From assembly GCA_963743305.1 (NCBI GenBank), contig CAVUPH010000016.1:1-64000 (forward strand): a DNA stretch of 64,000 nt. The letters are read 5' to 3'. The stretch comes from an uncultured delta proteobacterium. Its GTDB lineage: Bacteria > Desulfobacterota > RBG-13-43-22. Positions 9,591 to 20,430 of this stretch are shown in pieces. Both the position numbers and the translations under genes were made by a program. How positions within the stretch are numbered: the first letter of the stretch is position 1; every line of letters starts with the position of its first letter. A model generated the notes under the pieces. It was not told where the DNA came from, ran no database searches, and worked only from the letters and a program-made list of their open reading frames with translations.

Positions 9591-9884
9591 GTTCATAAAA
9601 TCAGAAGATTTACTCGTCTGCTGTAGATCACTATGCCCGTTCATCATCTCTGTCTCCTTTTCTTAAATCAATAAGAAAATCAGACAGATGATGACCAATA
9701 AACCCTTATCTGTCAAACATCAGCTTGGTACGTATAGCAGGAAGTGAACGATACCACCCCCAGCCCTAAAAATCACGCTCAAAAAAATGCACCTTTCTCC
9801 CCGTACATCGCACAATCCGTCAAGGCCTACCGCCCTCGTTGTCTACTACTAACAAACGAAGGGAAAATGGCCGGAGTTTATTGA

Positions 9885-12800
9885 TTACTGAATGAAAGTA
9901 TGCAAAATAAGAGGGATGAAGATCGTATTCAATCCCCTGTTCCCCGGAGTCACGGTGATCAAGAAGATTTGCGGCGCGCTCGTGTCCACGCCGCCATCGA
10001 CCGTGCCGCCGCTGTCGTGCAACCGTATCGTAACCGTCGCGCTACCGTTGACGTGCGCCGCAGGCGTGAAGGTGAGAGTTCCGCTCGCATCCACCGCCGG
10101 CTGAGAGGCAAACAGTCCGTTGTTGCTGTTCGTCACGATGAAGTCCAGAGCTTGTCCGGCCTCACTCGGCGGACCCGCGCTAATCGATGTCGCCCAGCCG
10201 TTAATCGTCTGTGCCCCCGCATTCTCGAGCACCGTCTGGTTGGGTCCTTTCACGAAGCTCGGCGCGACGTTCGGGACGAATGGCGGTGGGACCTTGATCT
10301 GGGTAACGGCATCGGGATCGGCCGGGCCGGTTTCCGCGTTGCCGACATTGTCCAGGGCGATGCTGTAGAAGGCGTAGGTGTGGCCGTCCTCGCCCGTGAA
10401 GGTCGCCGAGGTCTCCTTGGTGCCGTAGAGCCACCAGCGCGTGGGGCCGCCGTCCTCCGAGACCGCGATGTCGTAACCGGCAACGCCGGAACCCCCGGCA
10501 TTGTCCTGGCCGGACCAGGAAACAGTGAAGCTCCTGGTGGCGACGGTGGCCGGAAGCGGGTTCACGGCGCTCGTGGGGGCGCCGGAGTCGATGGTGTTCA
10601 GGCACTCCTTCGCGGGGTCGCTGCCTTTGCTCGGGTCATGCGGGTCTCTCTGGTTGGTGGCGATCACCGTACCCTGGTCGAACTGGATGTCGGCGACGTT
10701 GCGGACCTGGGTGCCGGTGGCGAGGCCGGGCTTCGGCCTGACGGTATAGGAGACGTGGCCCATGCCGATGCCGGTGCCGTCCTCCGGCGGCAGGAAGCCG
10801 ATCAGCACGTTCGGGGGGAGCCAGGTCAGGGGGTCGATCGAGTAGAAGTCGACCTGCACCTTACCGGTGGCTGCATTCAAGTCGGCGTAGATCCAGACCT
10901 CGAAGGCCACGCCGTTGTACGACATTGGCACGATGGTCTCGAAGTGTTGGCTCCCGGACGGGACCGGGATCAGGAAATCGCCGAAGCCGATCTCGGTGAA
11001 CTCGAAGGTGCTCCAGTCCAGGTTGGCGTCGAGCTGGTCGCTGACGCCGACGATCTGCGCCGGAGCCGTGGCGGTGGCGCTCGTTCTCAAAGTCGATGCG
11101 ATAGGGCAGGAGGCCGTCGCCGGGGATGAAGCCCTGGGGGCCGAAGCCGGCGGGACCGGTTTTGGCGTTGGGGTCGGTCGAACCGGAGGTGCCAGACGTG
11201 CCATTCGCAGCGTCTCTCAGTGCAGCTTCAATAACGGCATCTCTGATTGCGTCCCCATCGCAGCGTCTCTGATCGTATGGTCAGAAGGAGAAATGGATTT
11301 TCGTAATCCTCAGAATAACGGGATGATTCTTTAGTATTGTAGTAATCTCCGCCGAATGTTCCAAGTAGTTCACGCCCACAAAGATCATCACCTAAATTTC
11401 CAAGGAGTTCATAGCAACTCATCCATTGCCGAAGCCCCGGCTTTCTGAACTTCCCAATCCACTATGAGCAACTGCTCGATAGGTAAATGCAGCAGATTCA
11501 GCAAGAGCATCAGATGTGTCATTTGGCCCGCTATACCTTGTATAGTAATGTTTAGGGTGCTTGCTTGGGCGCAGCCCTCTGGATCAATCAGGGTTGTGAT
11601 TGGATTGTTCCTCACATAACGATACAGGTTTAAATCGGCCCCCCTAAGTTGATCGGATCTGGTGAAGCAAAATGCCCTATCTGGGGTTGTAGCTCCTGGC
11701 CCTCATGTGAGTCCATTTCTTGGCTGTCCCGCATAACACCAAATCGACCGACAAACTCAAAGGGATTTGGTACTGTTTCGGTTTTCCCAATGTCCAAGCC
11801 AAATGGGGAATATGCGTACCGTTGGCAATGTTACCAAGAGCTGTCACAAGTTGTTGTACATTCCCGATTGGCATCGTAAACGTGTAGATACGAGTTACTT
11901 CCGGGGTAACTTCGCGACAGCAAACCGTAGTCGTGGTCATAATGGGCGAGCAGGGCACCTGCACCATCGTACTCACCCACAACATTGCCCAAACCAGTAG
12001 GGTCAATGACGTATTGGGTCGTCTGACCGCTCGCAGGCTGCAGCCACTCGATTGCCCTGCGGATCATAAACGTACTGCCATGTCCCGTCGAATCCGACAT
12101 ACCGACAAGCCGGTTCTCCGCGTTATATGTGTACGCTTCGTCGTCTCCGTTCCCCACCCCCGCTTGCCACCTCGGACACCAGATTCCCATCCGCATCGAA
12201 CGTGTACGCCGTCGTCCGCCCGTCGCTCGTCATCGTCCGCGTGTACTGGTTCATGTTGTTCGTCGTGTACTCGGTCGTGACGCCGTTCTCGATCGTGCGG
12301 ATGCGGTTGCCGAGGGCGTCGTAGACGTAGGTCAGGTCCTGGTTCGGGATGTCGCCGGTCCGGGAGGCGAAGACGGCGCGGGTCAACTGGCCGAGGTCGT
12401 CGTACCCGTAGTTCCACTTGCCGTCGAGGGTGTCCATCGAGGTCCGCCGGCCGCGGCTGTCGTAGGTGTAGTCGAAGCGGGAGATGACCGTGCCGTTGGC
12501 AAGCGTGTTCACGAGATGCAGCACCTGTCCGGCGGGGTCGTATTCGTAGGTGGTGTACATGCCGTTGCCGACTTCCTTGCGGGCGAGGCGGCCGGCGGCA
12601 TCGTAGGTGTAGAGAACGACGCGCTTGCCGGCTTCGTCGGTCATGCTCGCCAGCCGACCGGCGGAGTCGTAGACGTAGTTCGAGCCGGTGGCCGAGCTGG
12701 TCGAGGCTGGAGGCCCGCTTGCCGGCCTCGTTGTAGGTGAACTGGAGCCAGGGGCCGAAGGGATAGTCGATCCGGGTCAGACCGGTCGTTGGCGTCGTAG

Positions 12801-15800
12801 GTGAAGACCTGCCGGCCGGTTTCGTTGGAGGCGGCGACGAGGTTGCCGCGCGCATCGTACTCGTAGGCGGCATCCGTACCGCCGGGGTAGTTCTTCGCGA
12901 GAAGCTCGCCGTTCGGGCCGAAGTCGTAGCCGATGCTCTGACCGCGGCGGTTGGTCCAGGCGGTCGGCAGGCCCTTGGCATCGTAGGCCCACCGCTCCAC
13001 GCTGCCGTCGGCATAGGTGATGGCCTGGAGGTTGCCCTGGGGCGTGTAGCTGTAGCGGGTGCCGTTGCCCTTGGCGTCCGTGACCGCGCTGAGGCGGTTC
13101 CATGGCCCGGCGAAGGCGAATCGGGTGGTGCCGCCGAGCGGGTCGGTGCTGGCGGTGAGGTTGCCCCTTGCGAGTCGTAGCCATAGCGGTAGGACCGGCC
13201 GGCCGGGTCGGTGACCTGGGTCAGGTTGTACTTGTCGTCGAACGTCAGGTGCACGGCATGGCCGAGGGCGTTCTCGCTCTTGACCATCAGGCCGCGGTGA
13301 TCGAAGATAGAAGCGGCTGGCGTTGCCGAGCGCGTCGCGCGACGGTCACGCCGCCGGCATTGTCGTACTCGAACGTCACGGTGGCCTCGTTCTCGCCGGT
13401 CCACGTCGAGGCCAGCCGACCCTGCGCGTCGTAGGTGAACGAGCGCTCGCGAGCAGCAGGCCCCGGAGATGTTGGCCAGCGCGTGCCCGCTGCCATACGT
13501 GTACGTCGTCGTGCGGCCGTCGGCCTGCTGCACCTGCGAGAGGTGCTCGCCATCGTAGGTGTAGACCGTCTGCCGCCCGACCGGATCGGTGACGCTTTGG
13601 ATGCGACCCGCCGCCGTTGTAGGCGATCTGGAGGCGACCGTCCGGAGGAGTGGGTCAGGCTGGTAAGGTTGGCGCCGTTGTAGCCGGCGGTGATGCGGTT
13701 GCCGTTAAGGTCCTGCATGTAGTCCAGCATGCCGTCCGCCCGGATAGACGCTGAGGAGGCCGTTGGCTTCCTGAAGGCTGAAGACGGCCGCCGCCGATGA
13801 GAAAGCAGTTTTCCGTGAGTCTCCGCGCTGAGCGAAGTAGTTGCCGTTCGGCTGTCGGGCTGGAACGTGCGGTGCGAGCCTCCCGGGCCGGTGATGGTGA
13901 CCGTGCCATCGGCCGCCGTCGCAAGCGAGTACTGCCAGTTGTGTGACCAGCCGCGACCGAACGGCCCCATGTCGAAGCGCCGGGAGAGGGACTGCGCGAG
14001 GGAACGGCTGAACGTCAAGGCAAGGCCGGGAGCTTCGACGGCGGCATCCACGGCCCCGGCCAGCGAGCGCATCGGGTTGAGGCCATCGGCCTGCATGAAC
14101 TCGAAGCCGAGGAGGTCGCCCAGGTCCAGGACCCGCTCGCCCAGCCGGCCGAGGTAGGCGGCATTGTCGTCCAGCATACGGACGTATCCGCCCCAGGTGT
14201 TGCCCACTTGTGCTGTGAAGTTCGTCCATAGCGCGTCCCATGCCTGGGCATTGATGCTGGGCGGTTTCATGCTGTCCTTGAAATCGGCCCAGTTGACCGG
14301 GGTGGTGTCGTCCGCTTTGACGACGCCCAGTTGCCACTCGATGGGGGGATAGGAGAAATTCCAGGGTTGCTGCCAACCGGCGTAGTACACTGGCACCCGG
14401 ATGCTTTCGCCGGGCTGCAGCACACCTGGTGTAGCCCCGCTGGCCAGCAACTGGACCGAATGGCTGAAACCGTCGGGCTGTGCCGAAGTCCAGAAGCCCT
14501 CGTAAGTCACGATTAGGATCGAGCGTCAGCCAGGCGCCTTCCAGTGCCATTCTGCACCCCCCTGAGTACCAGCAGACGGCGCCGGCATAGTGACATTGCC
14601 GGTATTTTGATACTCGACATAGTGCGTGGCTAGGGCGTGATAGCCAACCGAACTTGGAACGACCAGGCTTGTCGCCAATACCGGCGCCACTCCGCCTCGC
14701 TGATTACCGAAAGGCTTGCGGCAGTTCGACTGGTCGCCGCCCGGGCGTCGCACGCGCAACGTGAAGGTGCCGGCGGGAACGGAATGGCCACGAAGACGGC
14801 GGTAATCTGGGTGAAAAAATCGGTATTAACTGAATAGGCGGGATAGGTGGCGCCCGAGGCGACCAACTCCACCATGGTTGAAGCATCAAAACCCGCCCCG
14901 GTGATGGTTAATACGGCATCCGCGGAATTGGTTTGACGATCGGGCGTCACACCGCTGAGCAGAAGGCCCGAGGCCGTGGCTTGCAGACTATAGATGCTGG
15001 AAGAAGCGGCGTAAGAATTGTAGAGAAGAATGTACCAGGTGCCGGCAGTGGCCAGGGGGACGAGGATCTCCTGGTCGGCGGAAGCAGCCATCTCGAACCG
15101 GTAGTCGTAGTCCGAACGTGTCGGCGGCAATCCGAACTTTAGATAGATTTCGTTGCCATGGCCATTGTCAGCGTCGTCCAGCACCACCCGTAGCGGCATG
15201 CTCGCAGGAACCGTCAAGCGGAAGAGCTGCGCCTGGCCGGTGCCGGCTATTTCGCCGTTGTAGGTGACGCCAAGCGCAAGATCGGTGAGGGTTGTTTCCA
15301 ACATGCGGAAGGTATAGTTGCCTCCTTCCAACCCGCCGGTGCCATAAGCCTTGAGAATGTACGTGCCCGAAACCGGCAAGGTGAAGAGATCGGAATCGCC
15401 TGATATGCCACTGAAGACGATCGCTCCGCCCGGTCCAATGAGATCAAACGCGATGCCCGAACCGGAAGCATTGAGGAGGTCAAAGCGCACCTGCCGGCCG
15501 GCGAGCGCCGAGAAGGTCCAGCGATCGACGCTGTAGGGTGTCTCGAGGGTGCCCATGAACTGTCCGTTTAGCGTCAGTCCCGCGAAATCCGTTGTCACAT
15601 CCCAGAGCGTCACCGTGTAGTTACCTGTGCTGCCGGATTGGGCGGACGGCGTGTGGATGAGAATCCGGTAGGTGCCGTCGGTGGGCAGCGAGATATCCGC
15701 CAGAGTCATGACCATGCCGCCGATTGTGCTGCTGGTCGACGCGAGAATATTGTCGCTTGCGTCCAGGAGAGAGACTTCGACATAGCCCACATACGGGGAT

Positions 15801-18319
15801 GGAGGCGGATTGGCCCCGCCCCCGCCTGGATTGACGGCTACCGTGACCGACCGCCCCCCTGTGCCAAAGAAGGTCCACTCATCAAGCTCGCCTGCCGCGC
15901 CGATACTGCCAGGCGTGGGCGTGGCATATTCAATGGATCCGCTGTCAGGGATCTGAACTACCGTGCCGCCGATGACTTCACCGCCTACCTGCATTAGGCG
16001 CGTATAGAGATGCAGTCCGTTCAAGTCGAGCGTGGTTCCCAAGGGCAGGTTGAGTGAATTGACGTAGAGGGCTTCGGGGTCCGTCCCTGTCGCGTTGTCG
16101 GAGAAATCCACCAGTTTTACATAAGTATTGTTTGCCAGTGCGAGCGAGTTGTACGCGAAGTTATTGGCCATTCCGGTGGAATCGGGTCCGAGATCTCGTC
16201 CCATCACCTCCAGTTGTTGCGGTGTGGTGATGGTTCCAGCACCGTCGAACTGAATGAGCGACCGCGGCGCAAACTGATCGGCGTTCCGGGTGTTGCCCAG
16301 CAGACTGTTCTTAATGGCGATTACACCGGAAGATTGTCCAGCGATCATGCCGAGCCCGTTAACGCTGAGTTCGTCAGAAAGGCCGAGTATTCCGCTGTTT
16401 GCCGTGCCAATGGTTCCCTGGTTGTCTATAGCGCCGCTCAAGGTCAGCGACCTCCCCGAGACATCCGCCTCGATCCGGCCATAATTCACCACCGGGACCC
16501 GAATCTCCCCCTCCCCGTGAATCCACTGACCGGCGCCCACGCTCAGCGACACTCCCGTGGCACCAGAAATCATGGCCGTTGACATACCGCCGGGCAGGGT
16601 GCTCATGAGTATCTGGCCACTGCCCGACAGTGCAAGACTCTGGTCCAGGTAGAGCTCGGCAGGAAAGTAGGTACAGGTAAATATGCCGCACCGATAATTG
16701 CTTCGTAGTTCAAGTGTTCCGTTATTGACGAAACTCTCGCTACCCAATGTCAACCGCGCATCGGTGAACTCGGAAAAGACTACCAGCGTATACCCCGCCG
16801 GCAGGTGATCCGCATAGTCACCAAGCAAACGCGCGCTCGTGCTGTTGATCTGAAACTCGCCCGCCCCTAAGTCCTCCCACGGCACTCCGGTGAGCGTCAC
16901 GTCCCCGGAGAAGCGTATCAGGCTCGCCGCATTGTCCGTCACCCGCAGCATGGCACCGTTGATGGTGCTGTTGGCGATCTCCACCACCCCGCCGTCAGCG
17001 GTGATCACCCCACCCGTGGGCGAGATTGTGCCGCCATCGTTGATGGTACTGTTGACGATCTCCACTCTCCCTCCGTGGGCAACGATCGAGCGCCCTCGGT
17101 TGTCGACGATCGCATTTTCGAGATGCAGCACTCCGCCAGCCGATACGGACCAATCCCTGGGGCCGACAACACCGCTGAGCACAACCGATCCCGACAGCTC
17201 AAATGACCCGCCATCGGTAAGCCCACCAGGGAACGACATCCCTCCGCCGTTCAACACCCGGAGAATCCCGTGGTTCTCGAACCCTGCGACAAACGTCAGC
17301 GACCTCCCCGAGACATCCGCCTCGATCCGGCCATAATTCACCACCGGGACCCGAATCTCCCCCTCCCCGTGAATCCACTGACCGGCGCCCACGCTCAGCG
17401 ACACTCCCGTGGCACCAGAAATCATGGTCTCTGACATACCGCCGGGCAGGGTGCTCATGAGTATCTGGCCACTGCCCGACAGTGCAAGACTCTGGTCCAG
17501 GTAGAGCTCGGCAGGAAAGTGGGTACAGGTAAATATGCCGCACCGATAATTGCTTCGTAGTTCAAGTGTTCCGTTATTCACGAAACTCTCGCTACCCAAT
17601 GTCAACCGCGCATCGGTGAACTCGGAAAAGACTACCAGCGTATACCCCGCCGGCAGGTGATCCGCATAGTCACCAAGCAAACGCGCGCTCGTGCTGTTGA
17701 TCTGAAACTCGCCCGCCCCTAAGTCCTCCCACGGCACTCCGGTGAGCGTCACGTCCCCGGAGAAGCGTATCAGGCTCGCCGCATCGTCCGTCACCCGCAG
17801 CACGCCGCCGTTGATCGTGCTGTCGACGAGAGCGACTATACCTGTGGAAGCCGTGATCACACCTGACGTGTTTGTAACGGTTGCGCCGCTTATTTGCAAT
17901 GTTCCGCCAGCAGCGGCAATACTTCCTGCGTTCGACACATCGCCCGCAAGAATCAGCGCGCTCCCACCAGCCACATCGATGCTTCCTTTGTTGTCGGTCT
18001 GACCTACCACGCTGATAGAGCCGTTCGACACGACGATTGCCTCTGCACTGCTGAGGACGCTCAAGGTGACGCTTTGATCGATGGTAATGGTTGGATTATT
18101 GCCGGGCAGATCGATGATAACCGTATATTCCGTTTCGCTCGTATTGTTTGGAACGATACCGATGTCCCAGTGGGCCGGGTCCGACCAATTGCCCGAGCCA
18201 CCGATCCATCGGGCTATGACCGTAGCTTCCTGCGCCAGTGCCTCACTTCCGGCAAGGATGAACGTTAGACCCAGCACAAGAGAACCGATCAAACTATTGA
18301 TAAGAATTTGCTTTTTCAT
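9885..18319 (-). CDS. Giant secreted RHS/YD-repeat protein (about 2800 aa) read across many frameshifts: signal peptide, passenger-like beta repeats, PPC-like domains, RHS shell and core, variable segment, DPN..TGP...FEN...TAPAQ domain, FN3-like and cadherin/Ig-like domains
   Basis: ORF pieces 14630-18349, 13287-14510, 12641-13000, 12123-12644, 11409-11615 and 9885-11204 are collinear; FGRGWSH, YxYD repeats, NNPIT.IDPEG core end; MKKQ signal peptide with RBS GGGGAG. May be a pseudogene or sequencing error. Confidence 0.8.
16443..17802. repeat. Near-identical ~510-bp intragenic direct repeat (16443-16950 and 17295-17802, offset 852 nt)
   Basis: Both copies encode LRVTD.AASLIRFSGDVTL...RCGIFTCT...IEADVSGRSLT with only a few substitutions. 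Confidence 0.92.
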
Positions 18320-18359
18320 AATGTATAACTCTCCCCAGAAACTGGACATGTCATGTCTT

Positions 18360-18654
18360 TTAATAAAATCTTCGACGGGATGATTCCTGCGGACCCAGTT
18401 TGTTTTGAATCACATCCCATACAATAGGTAAATTGATACCGAAATACTCATGAATGAGAATGTTGCGTAATCTTTTAATCTTACGCCAATCGATATCCGG
18501 CTCATCCTTTTGCATTTGTTCAGGCAGTTTCCCTGCAACCTCACCGATAATCTCAAGGTTCCGGATGATGGCGTCCTGGGTTTTTCGGTCCTTTTTGAAA
18601 GCTTCTTCGTCTTGGTCTGCCAAATATGTTCGGATTTGGTGGATGGCTTCTAAA
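18360..18654 (-). pseudogene. HepT-like (DUF86) HEPN RNase toxin, 5' truncated
   Basis: LEAIHQIRTY...DAIIRNLEIIGE...IDWRKI..LRNILIHEYFGIN..IVWD with RNxxxH motif; the 5' end is cut at the GGGGGAC element end. Confidence 0.8.
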
Positions 18655-18814
18655 GGGGGACATCCTATATTCTTCCTGTCAAGAGGAAATATTTCATTTT
18701 GAGAAAGATAACGATTTTGATTGGATAGGAATTGGGCCATTTTTTGAACGCACCTTCCCAATACGCCTTACGACCAGACGTGATTCGAGTGGTTTCCCCA
18801 GTGCCCACTAACCG

Positions 18815-18990
18815 CGAACTTTAAACCTCAGCCCTTCGACAGCTCAGGTAAACTAATCAGTATCCGGCATCCCACTCGAGGCGGGCACCCAGCATCCCTT
18901 ATCCAGGTTTTAAAGTTTAGTGAGCGGCCCTGATTGTCCCCCTCGAGGTCCGAAATCGGCCTCTACGTAGTTCCTCGGGCTCGCTAAAGG
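18815..18990 (-). ncRNA. Predicted bridge RNA / seekRNA of the IS110 element
   Basis: Two stem-internal-loop-stem domains. Loop 1 carries AACTACGT (18965-18972) and AGGGGGAC (18936-18943), matching the left and right flanks. Loop 2 carries ATAAGGGATG (18893-18902), resembling the donor junction ATATAGGATG. Confidence 0.72.
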
Positions 18991-19008
18991 GAATGACAAG
19001 TTTTCTAG

Positions 19009-20289
19009 TTACGCCGGATTCAGATATCGAGGGTTGTAGGGCTCCTTTTTCTTCATGATCGTCCAGGCGATGATCAAAAGCTTGGCCGACAGCTTGACCC
19101 GCCGTTTGGTTTTGATACCGGGTTCTTTTTCTCGCCCTTGCAATTGATCGGTGTACTGTTCGATCCAGGGGCGATGGCGGGTAGAGGCGATGAAGGCCGC
19201 CTGGTATAAGGCATAGCGCAGATCGGCTTTTCCTTTTTTGGAAATGACCGGGATCACCGTATCCGAGGGTTTCCCGCTCCGCTCGGCGCCCAGATCCAAG
19301 CCGGCCATCTTGAGCACCTGCTTCCGGTTTTGAAAACGGAAGGGATTGCCTAGGGCACCGATCACCTTGGCCGAAACGTCCGGGCCAAAGCCGGGGATGG
19401 TCAGGAGATACCCATATTCCGGAAACTGCCGGCAGGTCTCCCGGATCTGTTCGTCGGTCGTCTTAATGGTCTCCCGGAGTTGCCGCAACCCGTCCACCAT
19501 CACCTCGGCCTCGAAGTGGGCCCCTGCCCCCATCTCGCAACCGATGGAGTCGATGGCCAGTTGCTGGATGGTTCGCAAGCGCTGATGCTGGGCCAGGGTC
19601 TTACGCCCGGAGGCCACCCGCTGGACGAAGTGACCGAACTCCAAACCGGCCAGTTCGGAAGTATCCAAGCACCAGCGGACAATCGATTCCACCTCTGGCC
19701 GCCCACTAAAACGATCCAATTCGGGGAAATACTGCGCTAAGAGGTGGTTCCGAATACGCACCCGATAGCTGTGTTCCTGCTTCTTCAGCTTCTTCTTCAG
19801 CGACAACAGGGTGCGCAGATCCCGGAGCCCCATCTCCGGGTATTCATAGTACAGGCATTTCCCCTGGGAGATCAGGTCGGCGATATTGGCCGCGTCTTTG
19901 CTATCGTGTTTGTCCCAGCGCCCGTCCAAAAGCTCCCGGTTGCGTTTGACCGCTACCCCGGAAACCAGGACCACCATCCGGCCGCATTTAATCAAATGCT
20001 CTCCCAAGGGCTTGTGATAGTTGGCCGTGGGTTCCAAACCAAAGACCGCCTTGGGCAAACCCTGGGCCACCTGGATGGCCCTGACCTGGGTCAGCAGCTT
20101 CTCAAAGCCCTCGATGCAATTGTCAAAAATCAGTCGTCTTACCAGGGTCTTCCCGGTAGCCGTACCAAAGAAGGCATGGTGCTTTTCCTTGGCTACGTCG
20201 ATCCCGACGATCAAATGGTCCTTCGAACCCCGGATCTCTTTCTTGAATTGACGAAACTCTTTGAGCCTGGTATCCTCTACTTCGTTCAT
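19009..20289 (-). CDS. IS110 family recombinase/transposase
   Basis: RuvC-like DEDD domain (GIDVAK, GLEPTANYH, KHDSKDA) plus Transposase_20 domain (TIPGFG, AGL...ERSGK, ISKKG...LR.ALYQAA); intact ORF. Confidence 0.95.
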   Translation of the reverse strand: MNEVEDTRLKEFRQFKKEIRGSKDHLIVGIDVAKEKHHAFFGTATGKTLVRRLIFDNCIEGFEKLLTQVRAIQVAQGLPKAVFGLEPTANYHKPLGEHLIKCGRMVVLVSGVAVKRNRELLDGRWDKHDSKDAANIADLISQGKCLYYEYPEMGLRDLRTLLSLKKKLKKQEHSYRVRIRNHLLAQYFPELDRFSGRPEVESIVRWCLDTSELAGLEFGHFVQRVASGRKTLAQHQRLRTIQQLAIDSIGCEMGAGAHFEAEVMVDGLRQLRETIKTTDEQIRETCRQFPEYGYLLTIPGFGPDVSAKVIGALGNPFRFQNRKQVLKMAGLDLGAERSGKPSDTVIPVISKKGKADLRYALYQAAFIASTRHRPWIEQYTDQLQGREKEPGIKTKRRVKLSAKLLIIAWTIMKKKEPYNPRYLNPA

Positions 20290-20294
20290 TGAAC

Positions 20295-20351
20295 ACCTCC
20301 TGTTTGAGAGTTGAAGTTTGGTCGTGCTTACTTTTTCTCTTAACAGGAGGT
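20295..20351 (-). promoter_or_regulatory. Hairpin sequestering the transposase RBS
   Basis: ACCTCCTGTT (20295-20304) / AACAGGAGGT (20342-20351) inverted repeat containing the AGGAGGT Shine-Dalgarno. Confidence 0.65.
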
Positions 20352-20430
20352 TTTTTATTTGGGAAGATTATATGAATTTTTTTTCTGGCGCAGGCTCGGG
20401 AGCCTATTCCAAATTCTGGGAATATATAAC

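Larger units (their letters stand above)
18660..20430 (-). mobile_element. IS110-family insertion sequence (IS1111-like layout, long 3' non-coding end)
   Basis: Dinucleotide core GT (minus strand) duplicated at 20429-20430 and 18660-18661; sub-terminal inverted repeats TATATTC / GAATATA; outward-facing TTGACA at 18677-18682. Confidence 0.85.

Noticed and set aside
16443-17802. DGR template/variable repeat pair
   Set aside because: Both copies are in frame inside one ORF, the differences are few and not adenine-specific, and no reverse transcriptase is present.
18662-18663. Alternative IS110 core AT (also duplicated, at 20426-20427)
   Set aside because: With AT the two guides would not overlap the core. 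The GT core makes both guides match perfectly and restores the RAYT end motif.
18655-18761. N-terminal extension of the 133-aa HepT ORF
   Set aside because: It derives from the IS110 right end, not from the toxin gene.
18700-19008. TIGR-like tandem guide array next to the IS110-related gene
   Set aside because: No tandem repeat units are present. The protein keeps the Tnp serine motif (ERSGK), and the region is explained by a two-loop bridge RNA.
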